Notes: a model not told the origin generated them from the letters alone. A stretch of DNA of 64,000 bases from Candidatus Zixiibacteriota bacterium (GCA_021163775.1 JAGGTI010000127.1:691-64690), one strand, 5' to 3'. Counted from the stretch's first letter, positions 19,202 to 28,758 are shown. Numbers and translations are program-made.

Positions 19202-22200
19202 ATGGCTGGGATTGGCAAAAGGCTGCTCGCGACAACTCTGGTTTTAACACTGGGGCTGTTTCTACTGCCGTTGAATTCTTTTGCTGCGTCCACCGGGCAA
19301 ATTAAGGGCAAAATAACGCACGGAGAGACCGGTGAACCGGTAATCGGTGCCTCGGTTCTCGTGGTTGGTACAACCCAGGGAGCCACGACTAACCTTGAAG
19401 GTGAATTTCAGGTCTATCGTATGGATCCCGGTACGTACGTGCTGAGAATCTCCCATGTGGATTTCGTGACCGTTGAGGTGACGGATGTGGTAGTGAAGAT
19501 TGACGAAACATTTGAGGTTAATCAGGGTATGACCTCGAAGGTTACCGACCTTGATGAGGTTATCACTGTCAAAGGTGTCCATGATATTTTGGACAAGTTT
19601 GTGAGCAGTAGCCAGGTAGTGATCAGTCAGGAGCAGATCAAGTCGGCACCCGTCCAAACCGTAGATAACCTGTTGCAACAGGTGGCTGGGGTGCGGACTA
19701 CCGCTGAGGGCGAAGTTTTTGTCCGTGGTGGTCGTGCTGGTGAGGTCGCTTATATTGTTGACGGTGTACCTATCGGCGATCCGCTTGGTGGTGGTGGTGG
19801 TGGTCAGGTTGGTGCCAACCTGTCACTGGTGTCAGGGTCTATTGCTGAAATTCAGATCATCAAAGACGGTTTCGATCCGGAGTATGGTAATGCTTTGTCC
19901 GGTATTGTTAATATTCGTAGTTTTACTGGTGATAAAAACAACACCACATTGAACTTGCATTATATGACCGATGATTTTGGCAACCAGGCCTTGAACAAGT
20001 ATTCGCGTAATATGGATTACCTTCGATTTACACTTTCGGGTCCGGATCCTCTCTTGAGCAACAAGATATTGCCGTCCATAGGACTGAACTTCCTGAAAGA
20101 TCAAGAATTTACCTATTTCCTGTATGCCGATGTTGACAAGAATGATGGTGTCTACCAAATGCAGGATTATAACACGCCAACGACAGTGCGTGACTGGCCG
20201 ACCATGGGTTTTCTGGGTTTTGATATCCCCGAACGTTTGAGTAACCGGTATCACTTTGAGTCCAATTTCAGGTTCAGGCCCCGGCAAAATCTGAAGTTTA
20301 TTCTTTCCTACAAGAATTGGCACACCAAAGTAACTCACTTTAGTCAGTCTTATTGGGAATATCGGTACAGTGGTCTTACGGCTCCGATTTATTCTCAGGA
20401 CCAGAGCAGTTTATCCCTGGAAATTACGCATTCGATCTCTCGTGAGATGAACTACGAGATAACTCTATCTTATTTTGATTACGATATTTCGGATAAGCCG
20501 GGTGACCCCAACAACCCGGGCAAGGTTCTTGATCCGGATGATTCCTACCTCGAGTACGAATGGGAAACATTTACCGATAATAACGGTAATGGAGTCTATG
20601 ATGCCCCTGAGCCGTTGATTAACCTGTTCCCCGATACAGCCAACTATGGCAACAATTTTAATGGGCCTGGTTACACTCACGGTGAGCGGAATTACTACTC
20701 CACCTATCAGGGCGGCGACCGAATCCCAAGCAACTTCCGGTTCAACAACAATGACATGATTGACTACTATGAGGGCGAACCATTCCTTGATCTTAATGGT
20801 AATGGTGTTTGGGATGAAGGTGACTATCTGAATGACCGGAATAATAACGGTGTGCTGGATGCGGATCGGATTCCGACGGTTCAGGTGCCGCGAGCTGAGC
20901 CGTATATTGACGGTGATTCGGCTATCGGTGAACCGTTTACCGACCTTAATTCCAACTTTGTCTACGATGAAGGTATCGATATTTTCTTCCAGAGTGCTGA
21001 CGAAAATAACCAGGATTTGAATCATAACGGCATGTATGACGGGACCGATCCTATGACCTGGACACCAGGGGTGCCTTTCCTTGATCGTGATGGCGACGGG
21101 ATTTTTGACCGGCCCAATAACAGCTATGACCCAGGTGAACCATACACTGACCTCAATGGTAACGGAAAATATGACTACGGTGGCACCGGAACTTTCCTTG
21201 AACCGGGAACTCATAATGAGGGTATGTTGTGGAGCGAACGGTCGCTTCGCAGACTCCGGGCTGAGTTTAAGGTTGTGCGTCAGATGAAGAAGCACGAGGT
21301 CAAGGCTGGTTTCTTCCTGGCGAGGGAAGAACTTGAGTACGGCGAGATTGAGCGGCCATACATGGCTTACAACGGTCGGCCCGACACTCTTAATGCATAC
21401 TCTGATCGCGGTCTTTTCCGTGATTTCTACGAATATACACCGATAACTGGTGCTGTTTATTTTCGTGATAAGATTGAGTATGGCTCGATGGTGGCTTCAC
21501 TCGGACTCCGCTGGGATTTCTTTCTGCAGGATACCGACGAACTAGCCGGTATTATGCGGAGTGATGACCGCGGCGGTCTTATTCTCGGTGATCGGCAACA
21601 ATTTGCCCCTCGGATCGGTTTCTCATATCCGATTTCGGATAAGGCGAAGGTGTATTTCAACTATGGCCATTTCTTCCAGTTGCCGCAGTATTACCAGATG
21701 TATCGCCGGAACACGACCAGTGCCGACCAGAACGATGTTTTGGGTAACCCGAATCTGAGCTACCAAAAGACCATTCAGTACTCATTTGGAATCAAGTATA
21801 AGTTGGGTGAGAGCTACTCCGTTGACGTTGAAGGCTACTTTAAGGATGAGTTCGACAAGATCAACTCAGGCGATGTTCATGAAGAATACCTTATTCGGCA
21901 ACAGTACTTGAATAAGGATTACGGCCGCTCTCGGGGCTTCGAGTTGACTTTGGAACGACGCGGTGGTGGCCGTGTTAACGGAAGCATTTCATATACTTAT
22001 GCTTTTGCTTATGGCAAGGATTCAAAGTCTGCTGAGCAATTTGAGGATGATCTTCAATCGCGTGAGCCTTTGACCGAGTCGCCTCTGACAAACGATATCC
22101 GTCATTCTCTCAAGTCGGCTATTATGATTGCTATGCCTCAGACTGTCAAGCCGCGCCTGTTTGGGATTCCGATTCCGAACGGTTGGTATTTGTCAATAGA

Positions 22201-22549
22201 GACTATTATTGAGAGTGGCAAACCATTCACACCAGCCGCCAATTATCCTGGTCTTGCTGGTTCTACGACGGACCCTGAGACCAACTCGATGCGTTTCCCC
22301 ATGACAGCTACTTTCGATGTCAGGTTTACCAAGGAATTTGCTCTGGCCGGTCTTGACTGGCAGGCGATTCTGTGGGTTGAAAACCTGTTCAATCGGAAGA
22401 ATGTAGTTTCGGTTTATACTGCCACTGGTCGTGCAGATACTCAGCAGAATATTAATGGTCTTATTCTTGGTGGTACTGATTATGACCAAAATCCGTATAA
22501 CTGGGGCTACGGTCGCCAGATTCGTTTCGGACTTGAATTGAGCATATAA
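19202..22549 (+). CDS. TonB-dependent receptor-like outer-membrane barrel (CarboxypepD_reg domain + plug; Oar-type) with a large Ca-binding-repeat insertion
   Basis: The 1115-aa product has a signal peptide ending FAAS. It then has a CarboxypepD_reg-like domain (GKITHGETGEPVIGASVLVVGTTQGATTNLEGEFQV) and a TonB-box-like DEVITVKG. The plug region reads VDNLLQQVAGV...VFVRGGRAGEVAYIVDGVPIGDP...EYGNALSGIVNI. The barrel is long. Repeats of the DLNGNGVWDEGD type lie between residues of about 430 and 675. Confidence 0.8.
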   Translation: MAGIGKRLLATTLVLTLGLFLLPLNSFAASTGQIKGKITHGETGEPVIGASVLVVGTTQGATTNLEGEFQVYRMDPGTYVLRISHVDFVTVEVTDVVVKIDETFEVNQGMTSKVTDLDEVITVKGVHDILDKFVSSSQVVISQEQIKSAPVQTVDNLLQQVAGVRTTAEGEVFVRGGRAGEVAYIVDGVPIGDPLGGGGGGQVGANLSLVSGSIAEIQIIKDGFDPEYGNALSGIVNIRSFTGDKNNTTLNLHYMTDDFGNQALNKYSRNMDYLRFTLSGPDPLLSNKILPSIGLNFLKDQEFTYFLYADVDKNDGVYQMQDYNTPTTVRDWPTMGFLGFDIPERLSNRYHFESNFRFRPRQNLKFILSYKNWHTKVTHFSQSYWEYRYSGLTAPIYSQDQSSLSLEITHSISREMNYEITLSYFDYDISDKPGDPNNPGKVLDPDDSYLEYEWETFTDNNGNGVYDAPEPLINLFPDTANYGNNFNGPGYTHGERNYYSTYQGGDRIPSNFRFNNNDMIDYYEGEPFLDLNGNGVWDEGDYLNDRNNNGVLDADRIPTVQVPRAEPYIDGDSAIGEPFTDLNSNFVYDEGIDIFFQSADENNQDLNHNGMYDGTDPMTWTPGVPFLDRDGDGIFDRPNNSYDPGEPYTDLNGNGKYDYGGTGTFLEPGTHNEGMLWSERSLRRLRAEFKVVRQMKKHEVKAGFFLAREELEYGEIERPYMAYNGRPDTLNAYSDRGLFRDFYEYTPITGAVYFRDKIEYGSMVASLGLRWDFFLQDTDELAGIMRSDDRGGLILGDRQQFAPRIGFSYPISDKAKVYFNYGHFFQLPQYYQMYRRNTTSADQNDVLGNPNLSYQKTIQYSFGIKYKLGESYSVDVEGYFKDEFDKINSGDVHEEYLIRQQYLNKDYGRSRGFELTLERRGGGRVNGSISYTYAFAYGKDSKSAEQFEDDLQSREPLTESPLTNDIRHSLKSAIMIAMPQTVKPRLFGIPIPNGWYLSIETIIESGKPFTPAANYPGLAGSTTDPETNSMRFPMTATFDVRFTKEFALAGLDWQAILWVENLFNRKNVVSVYTATGRADTQQNINGLILGGTDYDQNPYNWGYGRQIRFGLELSI

Positions 22550-22600
22550 CATTATTGTAATGGATAGAAATTCATTTTGTTGAACATAAACGAGGTAGAT

Positions 22601-23611
22601 ATGTTTGCACAGCCAAGTCGGACTACTCGACAGCCCCGAATCGGGCGCGTTGTGGCCGTGGTGCTGTCTGTTACGCTGGCCTTTCTTATTGCCGGCCTGA
22701 CTCCTTCTGAGGTGTCAGCACAGGCCAAGGTAGGTACCACTGGGGCACAATTCCTAGAATTGGGTGTCTCGGCGCGATCAATGGGCATGGGTGATGCTTT
22801 CACCGCGATTTCCAACGACGTGTCGGCGGTTTACTACAACCCAGCCGGGCTGACCTCCCTGTTGGGGACAGAAATCATGGCGACGTATGTCGATATGCCG
22901 GTCGGAGTCCAGTACGGCTTTTTCGCGGCGGGCTTTCCGCTGGAATCAATAGGCGGTGTGTTAGGTATTGGGGTCTGCTATCTGTCGTCCGGAGATATGA
23001 TCGAACGAACCTACAATCGGGGCGTTGATTATATTTCCGAGGGTATCTATGGTACCGGACGGACTTTTTCCTGGACCGATATGGCTGTGTCCGTGAGTTA
23101 TGGACGATACCTGACTGATCGCTTCTCGCTCGGTTTTACGGTACGCTATATTGGTGAGCAGGTCCATGACTATTCAGCGGCCAGCTGGGGCGCTGATGTC
23201 GGTACCAGCTACAACACCGGTTACCGTGATTTCAAACTCGCTATGGCCATCACCAATTTTGGACCGGATCTGAAGTTTATTGATAAGGCGGCTCCGTTGC
23301 CGATCAACTTCCGTTTCGGTGGTTCTATCAACGTTATTGATGGAGTTGATCATGTGATGGTAATGGCGGCCGAAGGGTCTCACCCCTCGGATAACCTGGA
23401 AAAATATAATGTTGGGCTTGAGTACTTGTTCAAGGACAGGTTTGCTCTTCGCGTGGGCAGTCGCTTTAATTATGATAGCGATGGCATCACTGCTGGAGCG
23501 GGTGTGCGGGTTCCTTACGGTGAAGAAGGTCTCATTAGTTTTGACTATGCATACCAGGACTTTGGCCTGTTGACAGAAGTTCATCGATTCACAATGGCAT
23601 TTGCTTTTTAA
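22601..23611 (+). CDS. PorV/PorQ family outer-membrane beta-barrel protein (paralog 2)
   Basis: I prefer the ATG at 22601, which has a GAGG RBS 5 nt upstream. The family signature is GAQFLELGVSARSMGMGDAFTAISNDVSAVYYNPAGL. The product ends in the aromatic sequence FTMAFAF. Confidence 0.65.
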   Translation: MFAQPSRTTRQPRIGRVVAVVLSVTLAFLIAGLTPSEVSAQAKVGTTGAQFLELGVSARSMGMGDAFTAISNDVSAVYYNPAGLTSLLGTEIMATYVDMPVGVQYGFFAAGFPLESIGGVLGIGVCYLSSGDMIERTYNRGVDYISEGIYGTGRTFSWTDMAVSVSYGRYLTDRFSLGFTVRYIGEQVHDYSAASWGADVGTSYNTGYRDFKLAMAITNFGPDLKFIDKAAPLPINFRFGGSINVIDGVDHVMVMAAEGSHPSDNLEKYNVGLEYLFKDRFALRVGSRFNYDSDGITAGAGVRVPYGEEGLISFDYAYQDFGLLTEVHRFTMAFAF

Positions 23612-23632
23612 CTGGGTAAAGGCACTCATAAG

Positions 23633-25906
23633 ATGAATACATTTAGATATAGCATTGTTCTCCTGACCCTGGGTGGTCTGCTACTTCCGGCGTTGTTCTT
23701 CGGGGGTTGCTCGAAAAACCTCGAGGGTGACACTTACGCCAATGAGAAACCAGTGGTCTGGTTTGTCAATGTGCCTCCGGAAGGTTCTCGATCCTCAATC
23801 AATCCGATCGTCAACTGGTACGGTCAGGATCGTGACGGTCAGATCGACTATTACCGGTACATCGTTGTTCGTGAGGGCGACATGGGCACAGCTATGGGCA
23901 GAACTGACTGGAATCCGCTGGATGATCCACTGAACGAGACTGATCTGGCCACTTATGTCAGTGATTACCTCGGCGATATCTCGGATACTATGTGGACGGT
24001 GTTGTTGGTGCGAGCCGATTCTACTGATCCCCATACCAGTAATATCGTCCCGATGTCAGCCGAGATGAATGATCCGGTGATGACTTTTGTTCCGCAGTAT
24101 GTGTTCGTGCAGGCCTATGACGAAGAAGGCCTCGGGTCGGATATCGCGTTCCGCCGCTTCTTACGGAATGATAACCCACCCAACACGCGTATTATTGGGT
24201 TCATTGAGGGGGTACCGTTTATCAACTCACCCGGACCCTCCGGGCCGGCGACTGGTATCAGGTTGAGATGGAAGGGTTCCGACGTTATCGACTATCCTAC
24301 CGATGCACCTCCTTTTGAATTTCAGTGGAAACTGTTTGGACCGTATTCGGATGCCGAGTATGACGCCCTTATAGATTCCTTCCTGGTGCCTGTCTTTGTG
24401 ACCAACGATGCCCGGGTATTCAAGTTTGGATTGCCAGCGGTTGAGATAGGTTGCGATACGGTCATAGACACAACAGCAACTCCGCCTGATACAACAATCA
24501 CCTGTGATAGCTTGCCAACGGCATTGATTATCTGCGACACTTCCTATGTGGACACTAGTATGGTCGAGTCTTGCGACACGATCCTGATTGACACTCTCGA
24601 AGGTAGCAACATCTACGGTACCGTGGACACTCTGTTGCGCGTCTACGACGACGATTTTCTGACCAGTGATGAATTCTACCGCGTTGCCGACAGCTCTAAT
24701 GATGGGTTCGGCAATGTCTGGGTCACCGACATGAATGAAACGATTTACGATGTTTACAAGAATGCCCCGGCTGATACAACCCAGGCTGGTACCTTCATAT
24801 TTGTGGTTCGCAGTCGTGATGATGCCGAAGTTCCCGATCTGACTCCTAACTGGCGCAAATTCACGGTAATAAATCCTCAGCATGAACGGGATGTTCTGGT
24901 AGTGTTGTGGAATAGCAGCGCCCAGGAGAACAAATCGGACGATGATTCGACAAGGGCCTTCTGGGAGAACGCCATTAATGATTGGATAACTGATGGGCGA
25001 GTTGGAGATGTTACATTTGACTCTGCCCTTGATATCCAGCACGAGTCAGGCCACTCTCAGCATAATGCCATGCTCAAGCTTATTCTTCGATATAAGGTTG
25101 CGATCATGCATCAGGATGCCGAGGTGAGTGGTAAGTGGAGTGCTCAGGGTGAGGCGGTTCAGAACGTAATCACCGCGCTTCAGACCGGTGTAAACGTGTG
25201 GGTTACGGCTCGCGTGCCGCTTGGTTCTCACGGAACAGCTAGTCAAAGAGCAGTTGATTACGCCAGCCCTGATTATCAGTATTTCTTCGGTATTCAGCAA
25301 ACCACATTCCCCGGTTGGAGTTCTGGTTTCTTCAATAACACGGATGGTTACGGCCTTGGCTTACCTCGCACCGAGCACTTTATCGGGACACTGTCGCTGG
25401 ATGAAGATAAATGGCCGGAACTGGCTGTGGATTCTGTTTTGCTTCGTACCCGATACAAGTGGGAAGGGAGTATCGATCCCTTGGTGTTCCCATTCTATCC
25501 GTATATGTCGGATCTCGGTGCTTTGCCGCAGGTTGGATGGTGTGTCCGTACCTTTGATACCGAAGCAATGTATCTGTTCAAGTCCTTGTATGGCAATGAG
25601 CATGCTCAGTTCACTGAGCTTAGTTACCATGGACGGCCGGTCTGTGTCCGACTCAATCGTGGTCTGTTCCGAACAGTGCACTTCATGTTTACACCTCTGG
25701 CCCTGGAGCCAACATCAGCTGGTGTTATGATTGATGGAGTGATGGACTGGCTCTTTGATGGCAGGACGACTGGGTTAACATCGAGCGGACGCACGGATCG
25801 TAACGCGGCTTTGTCGGCCGATTTGGAGAATCGCTACTGGCAATGTTATTGGAATGCCAATGGTGATGCCGAGACTTTCCATGAACTGCTGAAGAACGCT
25901 TACTAA
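23633..25906 (+). CDS. Large lipoprotein of unknown function (757 aa)
   Basis: The signal peptide has a lipobox-like FFGGC followed by SKN. The gene starts 21 nt after the PorV-like gene. No family motif was recognised. Confidence 0.6.
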   Translation: MNTFRYSIVLLTLGGLLLPALFFGGCSKNLEGDTYANEKPVVWFVNVPPEGSRSSINPIVNWYGQDRDGQIDYYRYIVVREGDMGTAMGRTDWNPLDDPLNETDLATYVSDYLGDISDTMWTVLLVRADSTDPHTSNIVPMSAEMNDPVMTFVPQYVFVQAYDEEGLGSDIAFRRFLRNDNPPNTRIIGFIEGVPFINSPGPSGPATGIRLRWKGSDVIDYPTDAPPFEFQWKLFGPYSDAEYDALIDSFLVPVFVTNDARVFKFGLPAVEIGCDTVIDTTATPPDTTITCDSLPTALIICDTSYVDTSMVESCDTILIDTLEGSNIYGTVDTLLRVYDDDFLTSDEFYRVADSSNDGFGNVWVTDMNETIYDVYKNAPADTTQAGTFIFVVRSRDDAEVPDLTPNWRKFTVINPQHERDVLVVLWNSSAQENKSDDDSTRAFWENAINDWITDGRVGDVTFDSALDIQHESGHSQHNAMLKLILRYKVAIMHQDAEVSGKWSAQGEAVQNVITALQTGVNVWVTARVPLGSHGTASQRAVDYASPDYQYFFGIQQTTFPGWSSGFFNNTDGYGLGLPRTEHFIGTLSLDEDKWPELAVDSVLLRTRYKWEGSIDPLVFPFYPYMSDLGALPQVGWCVRTFDTEAMYLFKSLYGNEHAQFTELSYHGRPVCVRLNRGLFRTVHFMFTPLALEPTSAGVMIDGVMDWLFDGRTTGLTSSGRTDRNAALSADLENRYWQCYWNANGDAETFHELLKNAY

Positions 25907-25960
25907 CCGACGCCAAGTCGAGAATATATCGTTACGCTGTGAGGCGTAGCCGAACTTTAA

Positions 25961-25990
25961 GGGGCCGAGAAATCGGCCCCTTTGCTTTGG
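25961..25990 (+). terminator. Rho-independent terminator
   Basis: Stem ggggccga, loop gaaa, stem tcggcccc, followed by tttgctttgg. Confidence 0.65.
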
Positions 25991-26004
25991 TGTTAAGCAG
26001 GTAG

Positions 26005-26290
26005 TCCGACCTCAGTTGGAGATCTGTTGATAAACACTATTCACAGTTGTGTCGGGTCCTTATCCCGTCAAGACGGGATTGAGACCTGACACGTAAGTGC
26101 ATGTCGGACAAAAGCGGCAGGTCTCACGTATTCGCCCGGGCGAATTCGCAGGACCCGTCGCAACTACATAAGAGGGCTTAATCAACGAACCCCTTAGCGG
26201 GTGTGTGAACTGGTAGCAACTGGAATCAACTGGACGACATCATCTTTATGTGGTGTCGGGCGATTCTGCCCGACACCTGGCAGTCCGAAC
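26005..26290. repeat. Intergenic palindrome-rich repeat element, locus A (REP/BIME-like family)
   Basis: The locus contains a nested hairpin at 26049-26091 (gtgtcgggtc...gacctgacac enclosing atcccg/cgggat) and the palindrome attcgcccgggcgaat (26129-26144). It also has the shared motif cccttagcgg (26191-26200) and the hairpin gtgtcgggc-gattct-gcccgacac (26253-26276). Confidence 0.6.
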
Positions 26291-26297
26291 CGTCGCT

Positions 26298-28478
26298 CTA
26301 TCTTAGCCGCAATTTTCTGATTTGATTGTGCTCAGGGAAACGGTTGGCCGCCTCGGTCAATACCGAATCGGCTGTGACGAGTCGACCGGTGGACAAGTAG
26401 CCACTGTACAAGTTGATGTAAGCCTCAGCCAGCAGAGGGTCGAGGCTCAGAGCTTTCAGGGAGTAGCTGATCGCCGTTTCGAAGTAGCCTTCAACACCGG
26501 CGCAATAACCAAGCAAATAATATGTTTTGGCGCGTTCTATGTTAAACGCCTGTTGTCGGTTGCTGGAATTGGCGTGGAAGGCTTGATCATCGGTTTCGAT
26601 AGGGGGCGGGACCGCCCGTTCAGCGCGATGCAAACATTTTTCAACGGTCGGGTTGCACCCATCTCGGGCCAGTATTGAGGCTCCCCAGTTTAATACAATC
26701 AGGGCTTCATCGGTTGCATAAGTGGCGGTTTCAACAGCACGCCAAAGACTGTCAATGGTTATAGTCGGGTCAGCCGCTAACGCCCGCAGTTTTATGATAT
26801 TGGCCGGCACGCTGTATGGCGCCAGTGTCAGAGCCTGGCTGGTCAGGTGAAGAGCCTCGGTATACCTCCCATTTACAAGGTGTAGCGATGCCAGGTTATG
26901 GTAGGCTTTGGGTCGCTGTGGATGCAGAGTTATCTCACGGTCAAAATAGAACGACGCTGAATCCTCCTGTCCCATGCGGAAGAAACAGGCTCCCAGACTG
27001 AGATTCGTTTCCGGGAAGGTCGGGTCGAGTGCGGCCGCCTGTCGATAAGTGGTCAGGGCGTCTTGGTATTTTCCTTGATCGTATTGGTATAGCCCCCGTG
27101 ACATTAGATTCTGCGATGACCGTTGTTGCGGGTAACTCATCGGAGGAGAAAAAGAGAACCAAACGGCGGCGACAGCTATTGAGGCTGGTCCGATCAGTAG
27201 CCAGGGCCGTTGACGGGCGATTTCAGTGATCCGGCAAACTCCGGCTATAGCGAATACGAAATAGTAGGGCAGGAGGGGTAATCGAAAACGAGCATTCACA
27301 AAAAAGAAGGCCATAGCCAGCGAATAAACTATCAGTAAGACCATGATAAACTGCGCTGACTCGTTGCGTCGATATTGTGCGATTAACCCGATAAGGGCCA
27401 GCGGAAAAATAACCCCAAACGAAAGCGGATTGTACCGAAGTATGCCAAGGGAAGCAAAGTGAGGCCCGACCTGCCGATTGTTGGAAATCTCTCGGTCTAC
27501 CAACTGATAACCGACTCGTTTCGCGTATAGCTCAAGAAACTTCCCCGGATGAGAGAGAATCCAGGCGATGGCCCGGTCGCGCCAGTAGTCGGATATCTCG
27601 CCCGGTTTGAGTGGGCCGCCTTGATCGGTTTCAGCTATCTGTCTTATCTGTCGCAAAGTCCAGTTGTGCCCGAGTGGTTCCGGCAGGATGGCCGAGAGTC
27701 CGTCAGCCGTGTCATTGTTGCCGATGAATAAATTGATTCCGCCCTGAGACGCAATCAGCACCGGGTCACCGGCTACCATTAGATTGCGGATTGATACCGG
27801 TATGACACAGATTGCCAGACCACATAGAAACAGGCCGATTTGACCGGCAGTTGAGGCGACCGCGGATGATCGTTGACTGGGGCGCACTATCATCCATATC
27901 ACTATCAGCGGCACGGCAATTAGAACTGTGGGACGGGTGATGGCGGCCAGACCAAACAGCAGGCCGGTGCCCATTATGTCACGCGTATGTCGCGATTCCA
28001 GCCAGATAAGAAAACGATGCACCGCCAATTGCGTCAGCAGGCAGAACATCGGATCCAGCAACAACTCAGATTCAAAGTATATTACCGCGGGGAAAAGAGC
28101 CTGGAGTGCGGCCGCTCCCCACGCCAGTTTGTTGCCGGAAATACGTTGGGCCAGCAAGTAGGTCATGACGATTGAAGCCAGGCCGATTACCAGCCCGAAC
28201 AAACGAGCTGTCCAGAGTGAAGCCCCAAACAGATAGTACAATGCTCCCAGAAAGAGTGAATAAAGGGGTGCTCTGAAGTAAGTAGTATCGCCGAGCACGT
28301 TGCCATTGGCTATGGTCTCGGCCCAATGATGGTGATACCAGTTGTCAACCGTAAGCTGATTCCATACCGGAGCCTGGCTGTACTCGGCCAAATAAGTAAG
28401 GCGTACCGCAAGGCCCAAAACCAATACGATCAGTAAGCCCTTGTGCTTTCTTAGTGCGGCAAAAAACCCGAGAACCAT
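26298..28478 (-). CDS. Glycosyltransferase family 39 (ArnT/PMT_2-like) membrane protein fused to C-terminal TPR repeats
   Basis: The 726-aa product has about 11 TM helices and an N-terminal region typical of PMT_2 (VRLTYLAEY...YFRAPLYSLFLGALYYLFG). The C-terminal 270 aa or so has TPR-like repeats (YQDALTTYRQAAALDP..., YTEALHLTSQALTLAP...). Confidence 0.7.
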   Translation of the reverse strand: MVLGFFAALRKHKGLLIVLVLGLAVRLTYLAEYSQAPVWNQLTVDNWYHHHWAETIANGNVLGDTTYFRAPLYSLFLGALYYLFGASLWTARLFGLVIGLASIVMTYLLAQRISGNKLAWGAAALQALFPAVIYFESELLLDPMFCLLTQLAVHRFLIWLESRHTRDIMGTGLLFGLAAITRPTVLIAVPLIVIWMIVRPSQRSSAVASTAGQIGLFLCGLAICVIPVSIRNLMVAGDPVLIASQGGINLFIGNNDTADGLSAILPEPLGHNWTLRQIRQIAETDQGGPLKPGEISDYWRDRAIAWILSHPGKFLELYAKRVGYQLVDREISNNRQVGPHFASLGILRYNPLSFGVIFPLALIGLIAQYRRNESAQFIMVLLIVYSLAMAFFFVNARFRLPLLPYYFVFAIAGVCRITEIARQRPWLLIGPASIAVAAVWFSFSPPMSYPQQRSSQNLMSRGLYQYDQGKYQDALTTYRQAAALDPTFPETNLSLGACFFRMGQEDSASFYFDREITLHPQRPKAYHNLASLHLVNGRYTEALHLTSQALTLAPYSVPANIIKLRALAADPTITIDSLWRAVETATYATDEALIVLNWGASILARDGCNPTVEKCLHRAERAVPPPIETDDQAFHANSSNRQQAFNIERAKTYYLLGYCAGVEGYFETAISYSLKALSLDPLLAEAYINLYSGYLSTGRLVTADSVLTEAANRFPEHNQIRKLRLR

Positions 28479-28709
28479 AACACAAATATAATCCTGATGT
28501 TACCGGTGTCACCGATAAAACCGGCCTGGAGTGATGAAACTGTATGCTCTGTGATGCCGCCAGTTTGCATAGAGAGGTATCTTATTTCACTTTCCGGCTT
28601 CAGATCTTCAAAGCGTGATATTTTACTAACCTGTTTATATGTATATGGTTAGCGGTGACCTGTCGTTGAGATATGAATAGAGTTGCAGTCTTCAGGCTGA
28701 CGGATCTTG

Positions 28710-28725
28710 TGGCATCCGCTTTGCG
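28710..28725 (+). promoter_or_regulatory. Candidate sigma-54 (-24/-12) promoter
   Basis: The site reads TGGCAT-ccgct-TTGCG, against the consensus TGGCAC-N5-TTGCW. The GG and GC elements have the correct spacing. The site lies about 35 nt upstream of the ATG at 28759, and an AAGGAG RBS sits in between. Confidence 0.55.
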
Positions 28726-28758
28726 GTTAGAGGGATGGAAGAAGTAAAAGGAGTCTCA

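Noticed and set aside
20465-21295. A 276-aa minus-strand ORF inside the TonB-dependent receptor gene
   Set aside because: It is antisense to a well-supported CDS and lies exactly over the Asp/Asn/Gly repeat insertion. Its translation is low-complexity (Ile/Val-rich) with no motif. This is a typical shadow ORF.
24227-25042. A 271-aa minus-strand ORF inside the 757-aa lipoprotein gene
   Set aside because: It is antisense to the longer ORF, which has a signal peptide and lipobox and fits the operon spacing. The antisense ORF has no start context or motif.
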